IMG/VR virus record: IMGVR_UViG_3300027834_000005
Location: 62,001 to 126,000 of that record
Length of the DNA: 64,000 bases
Reading direction: 5' to 3' (one strand)
Every line of letters starts with the position of its first letter. Position 1 is the first letter of the stretch. The notes under the pieces are model-generated. The model made no database searches and was not told the origin of the DNA. It saw only the letters and a program-made list of their open reading frames with translations. Below are positions 10,097 to 19,889 of the stretch, one piece after another. Position numbers and translations under genes: made by a program.

Positions 10097-10671
10097 GTCT
10101 CACGGAGTACAGAGATGACACATGTGTTTACTACACCGATGAATACGGTAGATACCAAGGTGAATACATATCATGGTACGGAACTGGCACTGTGTATCAA
10201 ACTCTCACATACGTTGATGATTTAGTTCACGGTGACATTATCACATGGCATCCGAACGGCAAGGTTAAATCTGTGAGGTCCTATGACATGGGCATAGTCA
10301 ACGGGGATTTTGCCTATTGGTGTGAATTTGGTACAATCGAATCATCGAAGTCTTATTCTGACGGTAAGTTACATGGTCTTTATCGTAGATGGTGGAGTAA
10401 CGGTCACCCACGATCTGAAACATTAATGGTTAACGATGACGCTCAAGGCGAATACAAAGAATGGCACTGTACCGGCGTTTTGAAATCTAGAACGTCATAT
10501 GTTAATGATCACATGCATGGCGAACTTATAAATTATTCTACTGACGGCACCGTATCAGGTAATTCATACATGGTAAACGATGTAGAGTTAATAGACTTAC
10601 TTCAGACCAACGTCACGGAGGAAGATAAGTTTGCATTAACACTGATTCACGGAGGTAAATGGCTGTCATGA
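10093..10671 (+). CDS. Tag-array protein, MORN-variant class
   Basis: Multiple HGxYxxWxxNG repeats; VTEEDKFALTLIHGG. Confidence 0.85.
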   Translation: MSLTEYRDDTCVYYTDEYGRYQGEYISWYGTGTVYQTLTYVDDLVHGDIITWHPNGKVKSVRSYDMGIVNGDFAYWCEFGTIESSKSYSDGKLHGLYRRWWSNGHPRSETLMVNDDAQGEYKEWHCTGVLKSRTSYVNDHMHGELINYSTDGTVSGNSYMVNDVELIDLLQTNVTEEDKFALTLIHGGKWLS

Positions 10672-11036
10672 ACGAAGAATTTACTGAACATAAATCTTCC
10701 AGAGTTCACTTTTTTACCGACGAAGAAGGACGAATGCATGGTAAATGTACTCGTTGGTTTGGCGATGGAAACTTAGATACTGAATCCTTCTATATCCATG
10801 GTGAACTAGACGGAGAATACAAAGAATGGTATCATAACGGTAACATTGCTGATCATGCCCAGATGAAAGATGGCTACACTAACGGCGAAAGTAAAGGCTG
10901 GAATAGTAACGGTAAACTTATAAATCACACGTATACTGTAGGCAATGTAATATCTGTGGATCTACTATCCAAAGACTTATCAGACGAAGATAAGTTCGAA
11001 ATAACATTGACCTATGGCGGGAAATGGTTACCATGA
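10668..11036 (+). CDS. Tag-array protein, MORN-variant class
   Basis: DGEYKEWYHNG; LSDEDKFEITLTYGG. Confidence 0.85.
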   Translation: MNEEFTEHKSSRVHFFTDEEGRMHGKCTRWFGDGNLDTESFYIHGELDGEYKEWYHNGNIADHAQMKDGYTNGESKGWNSNGKLINHTYTVGNVISVDLLSKDLSDEDKFEITLTYGGKWLP

Positions 11037-11380
11037 ATAATATCACGTACGATACATGGAAGGAAGTCCCCGTAGGCAAATATGTGTATGGCTTGACCGA
11101 AGATGGTAAGGTCAACGAAGTGTTTAGAATGCTTGAAGATGATTATGTCTATGACTTTGAGACTAACTCAGAGGAGCATAATAACATCCTATATAACAGA
11201 GCAGCAACCTTTCATCCCCTTGAAAATCTAGTGGACGAAAGAATCATATTCCTGTCCGCATTGACAGGTAGCATAGTCGAATTAAGGAATGCTGTTCGAA
11301 AAATTGATTGGGACCATGGGCCTGAATTTCTTGAGAACTATGACCGCAATACTAGACGTGTTGAAGACGAAGACGTTTAA
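11033..11380 (+). CDS. Tag-array protein, LSGDW class
   Basis: DERIIFLSALTG. Confidence 0.8.
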   Translation: MNNITYDTWKEVPVGKYVYGLTEDGKVNEVFRMLEDDYVYDFETNSEEHNNILYNRAATFHPLENLVDERIIFLSALTGSIVELRNAVRKIDWDHGPEFLENYDRNTRRVEDEDV

Positions 11381-11458
11381 GTATCTCCCTCCCCTTGCAT
11401 TCTTTTTGAAACTACTGTACAATTAACTTCACATTAACAACTCACATAAGATTATCAT

Positions 11459-11842
11459 ATGAATACGGAATCTGTAGGTATGACTGTGGAAACTATAGAG
11501 ATTGGTATAGTTCGCGCTGTGCCTACTGGAAGCATTTTTCTGAAATGGCCATTTAATGAACAAGACAGTAGAGTATTCTTCAAGATATCCGATGACGAAA
11601 TGTACATATTCAGCGTAGTGTATGATCGCCCATCAGAAAAACACATCGTGAGAAAACGTAAAAGAACTATTAATAAATGCGCATGGACTAAATTCACATG
11701 CGTTAGTGTGTCCGAAGAAGACATATTCCATGCCCAATTATCTGAAGATTGGGGTAGTATTTGTAGACAAGCTAATGAACATAGAAATAGAATCAACTGT
11801 AGACATGTTGATTCTATGGAAGTGGATAAGTTGGAAGTGTAG
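11459..11842 (+). CDS. Tag-array protein, LSGDW class
   Basis: SEEDIFHAQLSEDW. Confidence 0.8.
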   Translation: MNTESVGMTVETIEIGIVRAVPTGSIFLKWPFNEQDSRVFFKISDDEMYIFSVVYDRPSEKHIVRKRKRTINKCAWTKFTCVSVSEEDIFHAQLSEDWGSICRQANEHRNRINCRHVDSMEVDKLEV

Positions 11843-11843
11843 A

Positions 11844-12068
11844 ATGTCATACGAGGTGAGGTATTCAAAGGGAAATTATCATTACCGAATGAGTAATGAT
11901 TTCCTGTTCCAAGGAGAGTGTAAATTCTGGGATGAAAATGATATCATAAACATGCACGTGTATGTGATTGATAACGAGATACTACATGATTTCCTCAAGG
12001 ATGAACCTATCACCGAAGAACTCAAATTCGAAATCACTTTAAGATATGGGAATTTATGGCTACCATGA
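11844..12068 (+). CDS. Tag-array protein, minimal MORN-variant class
   Basis: QGECKFW; ITEELKFEITLRYG. Confidence 0.75.
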   Translation: MSYEVRYSKGNYHYRMSNDFLFQGECKFWDENDIINMHVYVIDNEILHDFLKDEPITEELKFEITLRYGNLWLP

Positions 12069-12433
12069 ACATACACGAATTAGCACTCAGTTTACACGTA
12101 GGTTCGTCATACGTATCATATTGTATAAATATCGACAATGAATTAGAGTCTATAGGTTTATTCAAAGTGGTTGACATGGACATTGACGAAGAGACGATAA
12201 CCACACACGACATGTTCAGGAATAAAGAAGACAAGAATTTTATCGAAGACCTAATTAGAATGCATGATAGCGAGGATGAGACTTTCATAATGCTTGATGT
12301 AGTCCATGCTGCACTACCAGCAGAATTCATATTCGAAGCAACCCTACGTGGTGATTTCAGAATCGTCCTTTCTGAATACTTCGGACTACAAGGCGTAGTG
12401 AATGCTAAAGGCATAATGGAGCTAAAAGTATGA
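12065..12433 (+). CDS. Tag-array protein, LSGDW class
   Basis: PAEFIFEATLRGDF. Confidence 0.8.
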   Translation: MNIHELALSLHVGSSYVSYCINIDNELESIGLFKVVDMDIDEETITTHDMFRNKEDKNFIEDLIRMHDSEDETFIMLDVVHAALPAEFIFEATLRGDFRIVLSEYFGLQGVVNAKGIMELKV

Positions 12434-12810
12434 GTACATTGAAAACACTATGCATACTAAAGAACCTCAAGGAAGGCGAAACTTACGTCATGTTCAGATG
12501 TGTAATGGACCAAGTGTCGTACATGCGTACCATACGTGTTGAAAAGGTAGAGACACGACCAAGTGAACTAGGATTAACCAAAGCCTGTACTTTCATCCAC
12601 TTCCATAACGTCACGATGGACACCCACGGCATCCAAACGTTAAGTTCGTTTACGTCTACGTTCAGGGATAAACGAATTGAGGTGCTCGATGACATACTAT
12701 CGTCATTGTCTGACGAAGAGAACCTTCAGGTCTTTGAAGAAACGCTCAAAGGTACAGTGAACTCTCACATGCGCATCTGGTTCAAGAAGGAGGGTTTGAT
12801 ATGGCGGTAG
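12430..12810 (+). CDS. Tag-array protein, LSGDW class
   Basis: DEENLQVFEETLKG. Confidence 0.75.
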   Translation: MSTLKTLCILKNLKEGETYVMFRCVMDQVSYMRTIRVEKVETRPSELGLTKACTFIHFHNVTMDTHGIQTLSSFTSTFRDKRIEVLDDILSSLSDEENLQVFEETLKGTVNSHMRIWFKKEGLIWR

Positions 12811-13136
12811 CATTCAGAGACGTAGTCGAAGGTGATGTTCTATATTTCATTAGTCGCGGTTTGAGCGAAATTGTCATATGGCATGTCATGGGGATCACAT
12901 CAGGTAACAAACAGCAGCACGTTCTCCATTTGGAGCAGAATGGTAACGTTATCACTCCAATGAACGAGAAAGAGTACAACTCGATAGTACGGAGTTCAAG
13001 ACTCATAGTGGAAAGAGACATAAAAGAGAATATACCTGAAGAAGATATATTCGAAGCTACACTATCTGGTAAACTATACGATCTATACAGTAACTATCTC
13101 AAAGAAGAGAATGACGATAGGGACATAAACACATGA
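12801..13136 (+). CDS. Tag-array protein (GD..Y subfamily)
   Basis: EGDVLYF; PEEDIFEATLSG. Confidence 0.8.
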   Translation: MAVAFRDVVEGDVLYFISRGLSEIVIWHVMGITSGNKQQHVLHLEQNGNVITPMNEKEYNSIVRSSRLIVERDIKENIPEEDIFEATLSGKLYDLYSNYLKEENDDRDINT

Positions 13137-13432
13137 AATACGAAGAGTTACTAGAAGGCGACGAGATACATATCATACACAGTCATGTCTTTGCTACTTG
13201 GACTTTAATCGATGTTAAGTTTGGATACAATGGCGTCCATATTGGGTACAATATTAAAATGAATGATGAGTCATATAAATATCTTTTGGAGAGAGACGAA
13301 TATGAAAGTCTTACTGAGCGGAATAGAATAGTCGTACAACGAGATCTGGAAGATAACGATCCTGAAGGATTGTTCAAGGCTACACTTTCTGGTGATATAT
13401 TATCTTTCCTACTGGAATACGCAGACAAATGA
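13133..13432 (+). CDS. Tag-array protein (GD..Y subfamily)
   Basis: PEGLFKATLSGD. Confidence 0.8.
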   Translation: MKYEELLEGDEIHIIHSHVFATWTLIDVKFGYNGVHIGYNIKMNDESYKYLLERDEYESLTERNRIVVQRDLEDNDPEGLFKATLSGDILSFLLEYADK

Positions 13433-13764
13433 GCATGCAATATACTAACCTTAGTATTGGTGACGTTTTTTACTACCCAATCAATATAGAATACAAACCC
13501 ATGCAGATTTGGACTATTACTGGTGCAGAATTCAAACGTAATATCCACACGTTTAAGGTTATGAGTGAAGATAGTCCGCCCGATACTAGGTTCTTCATGA
13601 ACAGAGAAGGATGGGAATCGATGGTTCATGGGAGATCCATCGTGACTCGTAATGAACTTGTCAAGTTGTACTCAGAAGAAGCTGTATTCCAAGCTCTACT
13701 ATCCGGTGATATGTCTGTTCTTATCGGACAGTACGACGAGGACAATAGCCATGACGATAATTAA
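13429..13764 (+). CDS. Tag-array protein (GD..Y subfamily)
   Basis: IGDVFYYP; SEEAVFQALLSGD. Confidence 0.8.
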   Translation: MSMQYTNLSIGDVFYYPINIEYKPMQIWTITGAEFKRNIHTFKVMSEDSPPDTRFFMNREGWESMVHGRSIVTRNELVKLYSEEAVFQALLSGDMSVLIGQYDEDNSHDDN

Positions 13765-13845
13765 GCTAGTAATACTATCCATACTTGCGAAGAAGATAAA
13801 TTTGAGATATACTTGATCTACGGTCATATGGAATTTATACCATGA
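13751..13845 (+). pseudogene. Deleted MORN-class array gene (orphan tag)
   Basis: TCEEDKFEIYLIYGHMEFIP* at 13783-13845 has no in-frame start; ATG 13751 is out of frame. Confidence 0.7.
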
Positions 13846-14285
13846 GTAAGCTAAAATTTATTGAAACGCCAACGTCACAGTACTTCGAAGATGAACTTGG
13901 AAGATTACAAGGTAAGCATATAGAATGGTATGAATTCGAGGACGGATATAAATGCATGAAATCTTTGAGTTTTTACAAAGACGATGAGATGCATGGTCCT
14001 TTCAAACGATGGTTCGAAAATGGTAAACCACAAAGATTCTGTACGTACGTGGAAGATAGACTCGATGGTGAGTACCAGAGATGGCATCGTAACAATAAAA
14101 GAAAGAGACATTGTTTCTATAAGAACACTGTGTTACATGGAGAGTACCAAAGATGGGATGAGGATGGAGAAGTAGAAATTAACAGACTCTATGTTGATGG
14201 TAAAAGATTATCGTGTCCTATACCTACATCCGAAGAAGATAAATTTGAGATATGCCTGAAATATGGACATATGGATTTCATATGA
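13842..14285 (+). CDS. Tag-array protein, MORN-variant class
   Basis: HGPFKRWFENG; TSEEDKFEICLKYG. Confidence 0.85.
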   Translation: MSKLKFIETPTSQYFEDELGRLQGKHIEWYEFEDGYKCMKSLSFYKDDEMHGPFKRWFENGKPQRFCTYVEDRLDGEYQRWHRNNKRKRHCFYKNTVLHGEYQRWDEDGEVEINRLYVDGKRLSCPIPTSEEDKFEICLKYGHMDFI

Positions 14286-14809
14286 AACTAGAAGAGGTCA
14301 GAACTAGAACACGACATTACTACGTTGATGAAGAAGACAATATTCAAGGCGAATATATACGTTACTACGACGATGCCCCATCGGTAATTCGATCCGCATG
14401 CACGTACATAGACGACAAAAAAGAAGGTTTATATGTACATTTCTACAGAAACGGGAAAGTGGATAGCGTAAGTGAGTACGTAAATAATGAAAAGGACGGC
14501 GAGTATGTGTCGTGGCATAAAAATGGCGGTGTTTGTACCAGAACTACGTTCAGGAAAGGCGTGGAGAATGGAGAGTACATGGACTGGCATGCGAACGGTC
14601 AGTTATGGGAACATCTATTCTTTAAGGATGGACGTGAACATGGTGAATCTATAATGATTAAAGAGAATGGCGAGGTAAGGTCACATGCCATATACCTTGA
14701 GGGTAGAGAAACTAAGATACCAATACCAACCACTGAGGAAGATCAATTTCTCCTCTGCCTAGAACACGGTCACATGGATTTCCTACCAATAGGACTGCAT
14801 GACGTATGA
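14282..14809 (+). CDS. Tag-array protein, MORN-variant class
   Basis: GEYMDWHANGQ; TEEDQFLLCLEHG. Confidence 0.85.
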   Translation: MKLEEVRTRTRHYYVDEEDNIQGEYIRYYDDAPSVIRSACTYIDDKKEGLYVHFYRNGKVDSVSEYVNNEKDGEYVSWHKNGGVCTRTTFRKGVENGEYMDWHANGQLWEHLFFKDGREHGESIMIKENGEVRSHAIYLEGRETKIPIPTTEEDQFLLCLEHGHMDFLPIGLHDV

Positions 14810-15348
14810 AACTTAAAGAGATAAAGACACGAACCATACACTACTTCGAAGATGAACTTGGACGAAGACAAGGTGAACTAATTCTTCGTTATGAGGAGAA
14901 ACCATCACAAATTAAATCCATTAATAATTACGTTGATGGTATTAAAGTTGGCACCAGTATAGATTGGTACATGAACGGTAAGATAAGAACCGTGGCCAAC
15001 TACGTGAATGAGCTTAAGGAAGGTAACCACGCTGAATGGCACGAAAGCGGCAATAAACGATCACGTACTTTTTACAAGGACGGTTCAGAGCATGGCGAGT
15101 ACATGGACTGGCATGCGAACGGTCAGTTATGGGAGCACGTATTTCTAATAGATAGTGCAGAAAACGGAGAGTCTATAATTTTCGACATATATGGTAATGT
15201 AACAGACCATGACATTTTTGTTAATGGTACGATAATTGATGTTCCAATCCCTACGTGTGAAGAAGAACAGTTTCTCTTGTGCCTTGAGTATGGACACATG
15301 GAATTCTTTCCTATAGGTATGTATGAACTTACAGCAAGTAAACACTAG
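14806..15348 (+). CDS. Tag-array protein, MORN-variant class
   Basis: Close paralog of previous gene; CEEEQFLLCLEYG. Confidence 0.85.
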   Translation: MKLKEIKTRTIHYFEDELGRRQGELILRYEEKPSQIKSINNYVDGIKVGTSIDWYMNGKIRTVANYVNELKEGNHAEWHESGNKRSRTFYKDGSEHGEYMDWHANGQLWEHVFLIDSAENGESIIFDIYGNVTDHDIFVNGTIIDVPIPTCEEEQFLLCLEYGHMEFFPIGMYELTASKH

Positions 15349-15613
15349 AGAAGAAACGTTCACCGTGGACAGAGATACCGGATGCATGGAAGGTGAATAT
15401 GTTAGCCGGTACAGTGACGGCTCAGTAAATATACACTGCTTCTATAAGAAGCATAAATTACATGGTGAGTTCAAAAGATGGGTGAATAGTATAAAACCAC
15501 TCGTCCATATTATATACATTGATGGGGTCCATTCCGATATCACTCCTCCAGTCACTGAGGAGGAAAGGTTCCTTTTCAAATTACAATACGATCTTCCATT
15601 ATTAGGAGAGTAA
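15323..15613 (+). CDS. Tag-array protein, MORN-variant class
   Basis: LHGEFKRW; VTEEERFLFKLQY. Confidence 0.8.
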   Translation: MNLQQVNTREETFTVDRDTGCMEGEYVSRYSDGSVNIHCFYKKHKLHGEFKRWVNSIKPLVHIIYIDGVHSDITPPVTEEERFLFKLQYDLPLLGE

Positions 15614-15615
15614 AC

Positions 15616-15954
15616 ATGACCCCATCAGAGAAATTAATACGGTCAGCATCCATTGGTGACACGATACTAATTGCCGAAAAGCGTGATTCCGTCACGTGGT
15701 CTGTAGATGAAACTAAGCTAGTGGTACAAGATGTGATTCTGTATGGTGAGAGAACCATAAAATATACGTTCAAGGATAATGACGAAACAGAGAGACTTAC
15801 CATGTCTATTTCTGACTGTGATCTTGAGCGTATATTCCGATCACACGAGCAAGTCATCTTATTAGTTAAGATCATCCCAGAAGACATCATGTTCCAATGT
15901 AAATTGTCAGGTGACTACTCAGACGCTGTGGCGTTCCAAGGCTTTGCTCCGTGA
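15616..15954 (+). CDS. Tag-array protein (PEDxLFQC subfamily)
   Basis: PEDIMFQCKLSGDY. Confidence 0.8.
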   Translation: MTPSEKLIRSASIGDTILIAEKRDSVTWSVDETKLVVQDVILYGERTIKYTFKDNDETERLTMSISDCDLERIFRSHEQVILLVKIIPEDIMFQCKLSGDYSDAVAFQGFAP

Positions 15955-16268
15955 ACAAATTCGAACGCCTAGTTAACAATTTTGAAGCTGGGGATAGATT
16001 ACTAATCCTACGTTCAAGGGAAGGCGTTTGGATTCTGTACGAAGAAGCTACGATAACCAGAGACCCTGATTTTGACTTTAAGTTTAACTTCAAGTATGAT
16101 GGCAATCCAACAATATACAACTCTGATGCATCAGAGCTAGAAGCCATAAACAATGCTGGGTCATTTGCTATGGTATTGAAAAGAGATGTGCCAGAAGAGT
16201 TATTATTTCAATGTGTACTATCTAATACATACGACGAAGTACTAAGGTACTTGGGATATATACAATGA
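15951..16268 (+). CDS. Tag-array protein (PEDxLFQC subfamily)
   Basis: PEELLFQCVLSNTY. Confidence 0.8.
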   Translation: MNKFERLVNNFEAGDRLLILRSREGVWILYEEATITRDPDFDFKFNFKYDGNPTIYNSDASELEAINNAGSFAMVLKRDVPEELLFQCVLSNTYDEVLRYLGYIQ

Positions 16269-16588
16269 ATATGTACATAGAGTTCATCGACATCTTGGTA
16301 GACACTGACACTGTTGTGATCGTACAGGAAAATCACGATAAAACGTGGACTAAAGCTAGTGAACTCATTGTGACATCTGTGAAACGACGTACCAAGCCAT
16401 CTTTTCTATATAGGCTAAATCATGACCATAATGTTTATGAGCTAACATGCAAAGATTTAGCTAGACTAAGTAACTCCAATGATTTTTCATTCGTACTCGA
16501 AAGAGTCATACCTGAAGATGTATTGTTCCAATGCAGACTGTCTGGCAACTACGCAGAAGCAATAAGACACCATGGGTTCACGTCATGA
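16265..16588 (+). CDS. Tag-array protein (PEDxLFQC subfamily)
   Basis: PEDVLFQCRLSGNY. Confidence 0.8.
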   Translation: MNMYIEFIDILVDTDTVVIVQENHDKTWTKASELIVTSVKRRTKPSFLYRLNHDHNVYELTCKDLARLSNSNDFSFVLERVIPEDVLFQCRLSGNYAEAIRHHGFTS

Positions 16589-16938
16589 AATCAGAACTAT
16601 TTTGCTACAGAGATTTCCTATACTCATTGAAAGTGGGAGACAGAATCATGCGTATTCGATACATTCCTGAGAAATTCGAACATGTAGATACGTTAACTAT
16701 TACGCATATATCAACGCCTATAGGTCACACTCCTATATGCTCCTACACCTCCAGTGCTACCGGAGATAAGAGAATCAGGTTGTCAATGGGAAGCTTGGAA
16801 TATATGGAGCGTCAAGAAGGCATATACACTAGGAAGGAAGAAGAAATATTGAAAGGCGTACCTGAAGATATTCTATTTCAATGTGTGTTATCTAATGACT
16901 ACACAGATGCTCTTAAGTATAGGGGGTTCAAGGTATGA
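16585..16938 (+). CDS. Tag-array protein (PEDxLFQC subfamily)
   Basis: PEDILFQCVLSNDY. Confidence 0.8.
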   Translation: MKSELFCYRDFLYSLKVGDRIMRIRYIPEKFEHVDTLTITHISTPIGHTPICSYTSSATGDKRIRLSMGSLEYMERQEGIYTRKEEEILKGVPEDILFQCVLSNDYTDALKYRGFKV

Positions 16939-17255
16939 ATCTATATGAACAGCTCACTCATGACGCAAACACCAATGACATCTTAATAGTCGTACAGAAG
17001 GACAAAGCCAGTGAAGCGTGGACATTAAACCTAGTCGTACGAGTAGTCGTCGCGTCTAAAATGGACTTCGTTAGATTCAAGGCAGACGAATGGACCATAG
17101 GCACAAACGTATCCATTAAGGAATTAGAACAGTACCACGTACATTCTAACCTATGTCTTCTTTTAGAGAAAAACATACCAGAGGACATTCTATTTCATGC
17201 TAGACTGTCTGAAGACTACACTGATGCCGCAAGACTCGCGGGGTATATAGAATGA
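16935..17255 (+). CDS. Tag-array protein (PEDxLFQC subfamily)
   Basis: PEDILFHARLSEDY. Confidence 0.8.
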   Translation: MNLYEQLTHDANTNDILIVVQKDKASEAWTLNLVVRVVVASKMDFVRFKADEWTIGTNVSIKELEQYHVHSNLCLLLEKNIPEDILFHARLSEDYTDAARLAGYIE

Positions 17256-17563
17256 CATATGCATATCATGACATGAAGAAAGGCGATAAGTTCTACTACC
17301 CTGTGGGGTTTGAAGATGTCCCTAAAGAATGGATAGTAACACGTGCATCTAATAGATCCCAACCTATGACTGTGTACCGTGGGGGGACAGGTTCACACCC
17401 CGTGTCTTTAGAAGAGGACACATGGAATAGAACCGTCACGGACGGCGTCATTGTTACGTATGGGCAGATCTTGACAGCAGTAGGAGAAGAGTGTATGTTT
17501 GAACATGAACTGGCTGGCACAGTAACCTCACTGCTCGCGGAGATGAAGAATGACAAGTTTTAA
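17252..17563 (+). CDS. Tag-array protein (GD..Y subfamily)
   Basis: KGDKFYYP; GEECMFEHELAG. Confidence 0.8.
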   Translation: MTYAYHDMKKGDKFYYPVGFEDVPKEWIVTRASNRSQPMTVYRGGTGSHPVSLEEDTWNRTVTDGVIVTYGQILTAVGEECMFEHELAGTVTSLLAEMKNDKF

Positions 17564-17651
17564 TGATGTGAAAGTAGGTGACATTTTGTACTACCCAGTA
17601 GCTGGATCATTAAGTGATCTATTACGGGACATGGGCAATTGGAATGTGTGA
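17550..17651 (+). pseudogene. Internally deleted array gene (33 aa)
   Basis: MTSFNDVKVGDILYYP fused directly to tag tail VAGSLSDLL. Confidence 0.65.
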
Positions 17652-17952
17652 GTATGATGATTTAGAAGTGGGTGATGTATTCTATCATCCCGCAGGCCAT
17701 CCAAGAAAGAAAGCGAATAAGTGGACAATAATCCAACAGAGACGTACAAAGAACCTTGTTGCTATACGTGATGGTAGCGAAGATAAACGCGGAACACAAA
17801 TAAGTAAAACGCAATGGCACATACTGAGTGCACGTAATAGGATTGTCTCACATAAGAAATTACTGAGTGATAACAGCGAAGAAACTATATTCTTACATAC
17901 GCTCGCTGGCACTCTATATGATTTACTGAGTGCATACGGCCCATCAGACTAA
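17644..17952 (+). CDS. Tag-array protein (GD..Y subfamily)
   Basis: VGDVFYHP; SEETIFLHTLAG. Confidence 0.8.
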   Translation: MCEYDDLEVGDVFYHPAGHPRKKANKWTIIQQRRTKNLVAIRDGSEDKRGTQISKTQWHILSARNRIVSHKKLLSDNSEETIFLHTLAGTLYDLLSAYGPSD

Positions 17953-17963
17953 GGTAGATAGTT

Positions 17964-18290
17964 ATGGAAGCATACGTAAAAGCACTACATGGTGCTAAAA
18001 AAGGCGACATTGTTACAGTAGTTGAATACGACGAGGATAACAGATCGTGGGATCTCTTCATAGAGATAAAAATCGTGAGTTTACATACATATCCCATGCG
18101 ATTAGAGTACACGCATGAAGGAATGAGCATCACCAACTACGTTAACCTTGATAATCTACTGAGCACCGGCATAAATGCCATTTTCTTAAGAAGAACTATA
18201 CCGGAAGACATTATATTCCAATGTTCGTTATCAGGCAACTATGTAGAGGCTGTAAAGTACCACGGATACGATACCTATGAAACTGCATAA
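17964..18290 (+). CDS. Tag-array protein (PEDxLFQC subfamily)
   Basis: PEDIIFQCSLSGNY. Confidence 0.8.
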   Translation: MEAYVKALHGAKKGDIVTVVEYDEDNRSWDLFIEIKIVSLHTYPMRLEYTHEGMSITNYVNLDNLLSTGINAIFLRRTIPEDIIFQCSLSGNYVEAVKYHGYDTYETA

Positions 18291-18570
18291 AATAGAGACA
18301 CCTTCATACATCATGTTCGTAGATGAGTATGGAAGGAAACAAGGTACATTTAAAGAATTCTATGAGGATGGACGATTAGAATACATATACAACTATGTAG
18401 ATGATCTTAAGCATGGCGATTATAAAGGATACACAAAGGACGGAGAAATTCTAGTCCATACACTATGTATTAATGGTGAGTTTGTGCATAGGTATCACAT
18501 TAACGGTCCTCTATCAGCCGAAGACAAGTTCGAGCTGTGCCTTAAGCACGGACATTTGGAGTTCCTATAA
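18277..18570 (+). CDS. Tag-array protein, MORN-variant class
   Basis: LSAEDKFELCLKHG. Confidence 0.85.
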   Translation: MKLHKIETPSYIMFVDEYGRKQGTFKEFYEDGRLEYIYNYVDDLKHGDYKGYTKDGEILVHTLCINGEFVHRYHINGPLSAEDKFELCLKHGHLEFL

Positions 18571-18860
18571 TGTTAACTGAACATACGTCTAGTTTTTATA
18601 ACTACTTCACTGATAACCTTGGAAGGAAACAAGGTTTATTCAATACGTACTACGATAATGGCCAAAAAGAACAACATGACTACTTCGTGAATGATAAAAG
18701 ACATGGCGATAGTAAAAGTTACTACACTGGCGGTCAACTACGTACCCACATACTATTCATAAATGGGTCTATGCACCATAGCTACCTATGCGATGGTCCT
18801 CTATCAGCCGAAGACAAGTTCGAGCTGTGCCTTAAGTACGGACATTTGGAGTTCCTATGA
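18570..18860 (+). CDS. Tag-array protein, MORN-variant class
   Basis: LSAEDKFELCLKYG. Confidence 0.85.
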   Translation: MLTEHTSSFYNYFTDNLGRKQGLFNTYYDNGQKEQHDYFVNDKRHGDSKSYYTGGQLRTHILFINGSMHHSYLCDGPLSAEDKFELCLKYGHLEFL

Positions 18861-19150
18861 AACATAAAGATATGCAAGTAGGCGATACCTTCTACCATTA
18901 CGGCATACGCGAGGTAGCTAAATGGAAGATAGACAGCATTAGCGTGATACACGTTATTGTTATAGGTGAAGGTGGTAACCCAGTAACTGTGAGCTTAGGT
19001 AGCTGGGGCGCACTAGTGAGAGAATGTACTATGGTGGCACATAAAGACTTAGTTGAAACCTACGGGGAAGAAGCAGTGTTTGAACATACTTTGTCCGGTA
19101 CAGTTAAAGACCTTTTATCCACATACAAAGAATTATCTAATAGACTATAA
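18857..19150 (+). CDS. Tag-array protein (GD..Y subfamily)
   Basis: VGDTFYHY; GEEAVFEHTLSG. Confidence 0.8.
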   Translation: MKHKDMQVGDTFYHYGIREVAKWKIDSISVIHVIVIGEGGNPVTVSLGSWGALVRECTMVAHKDLVETYGEEAVFEHTLSGTVKDLLSTYKELSNRL

Positions 19151-19206
19151 CATAAACTTATGGTATACTCTCTCATCACACACAGAACACCTACAAGGAT
19201 AGTAAT

Positions 19207-19869
19207 ATGAACGAAGAAACAACAGCCGTAGATACAGAAGCAGCAGAAGATCAAAATGTAACTATGGGACAAAGAGACATCACTACCCATGGCACACTGG
19301 ACAACAGTAAAGCAATGGAGTCTGCAGACGGCGATTGCATATGGATGGTGAGAGATGGCAAGCTAGAAATCATCAAGAAACATGAAGAATACTTCCTATG
19401 TATGTTATTCGATCACGTGAATAAAGCCTATGGCATAACCATTGAGAGAAACCCATGTGAGGGTGCCACTCATAGATTACCTTGCTTACAACAAACCATC
19501 GTTACGTATCCTGATGCCAAGCAAGATGACGGGAGCACAAAGGAAGTGGGATACATTCTGCAGCACTTTACACCGCCTGACACAATGACTGGCATACCTA
19601 ACTTAGAGAACACTGAGTCTCGTAGTAAGATGAAGATCACTATGGCTGATGGTAAAGTCGTTAAGAGCAAGAACCATATGCTCGTGCAACTAGACACAGG
19701 AAAGACTCTTCATGATAAGAAGAAAGCATTCACTAAGAAAGATAAAACCATGCACGTGAATAGACATGGCGTTACGCACTGGTTAGATGATAAACTTGTG
19801 AGACTGTCAGAGGACTTCTTCCGTCTGTACTCTGAAATCCCAGATAGCACAATCACTGAACTAACCTAG
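19207..19869 (+). CDS. Hypothetical protein (untagged, own promoter)
   Basis: 220 aa; RBS AAGGA; upstream TAGACT-N17-TATACT. Confidence 0.8.
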   Translation: MNEETTAVDTEAAEDQNVTMGQRDITTHGTLDNSKAMESADGDCIWMVRDGKLEIIKKHEEYFLCMLFDHVNKAYGITIERNPCEGATHRLPCLQQTIVTYPDAKQDDGSTKEVGYILQHFTPPDTMTGIPNLENTESRSKMKITMADGKVVKSKNHMLVQLDTGKTLHDKKKAFTKKDKTMHVNRHGVTHWLDDKLVRLSEDFFRLYSEIPDSTITELT

Positions 19870-19889
19870 TCCGTTTAAGGAATATTCCT

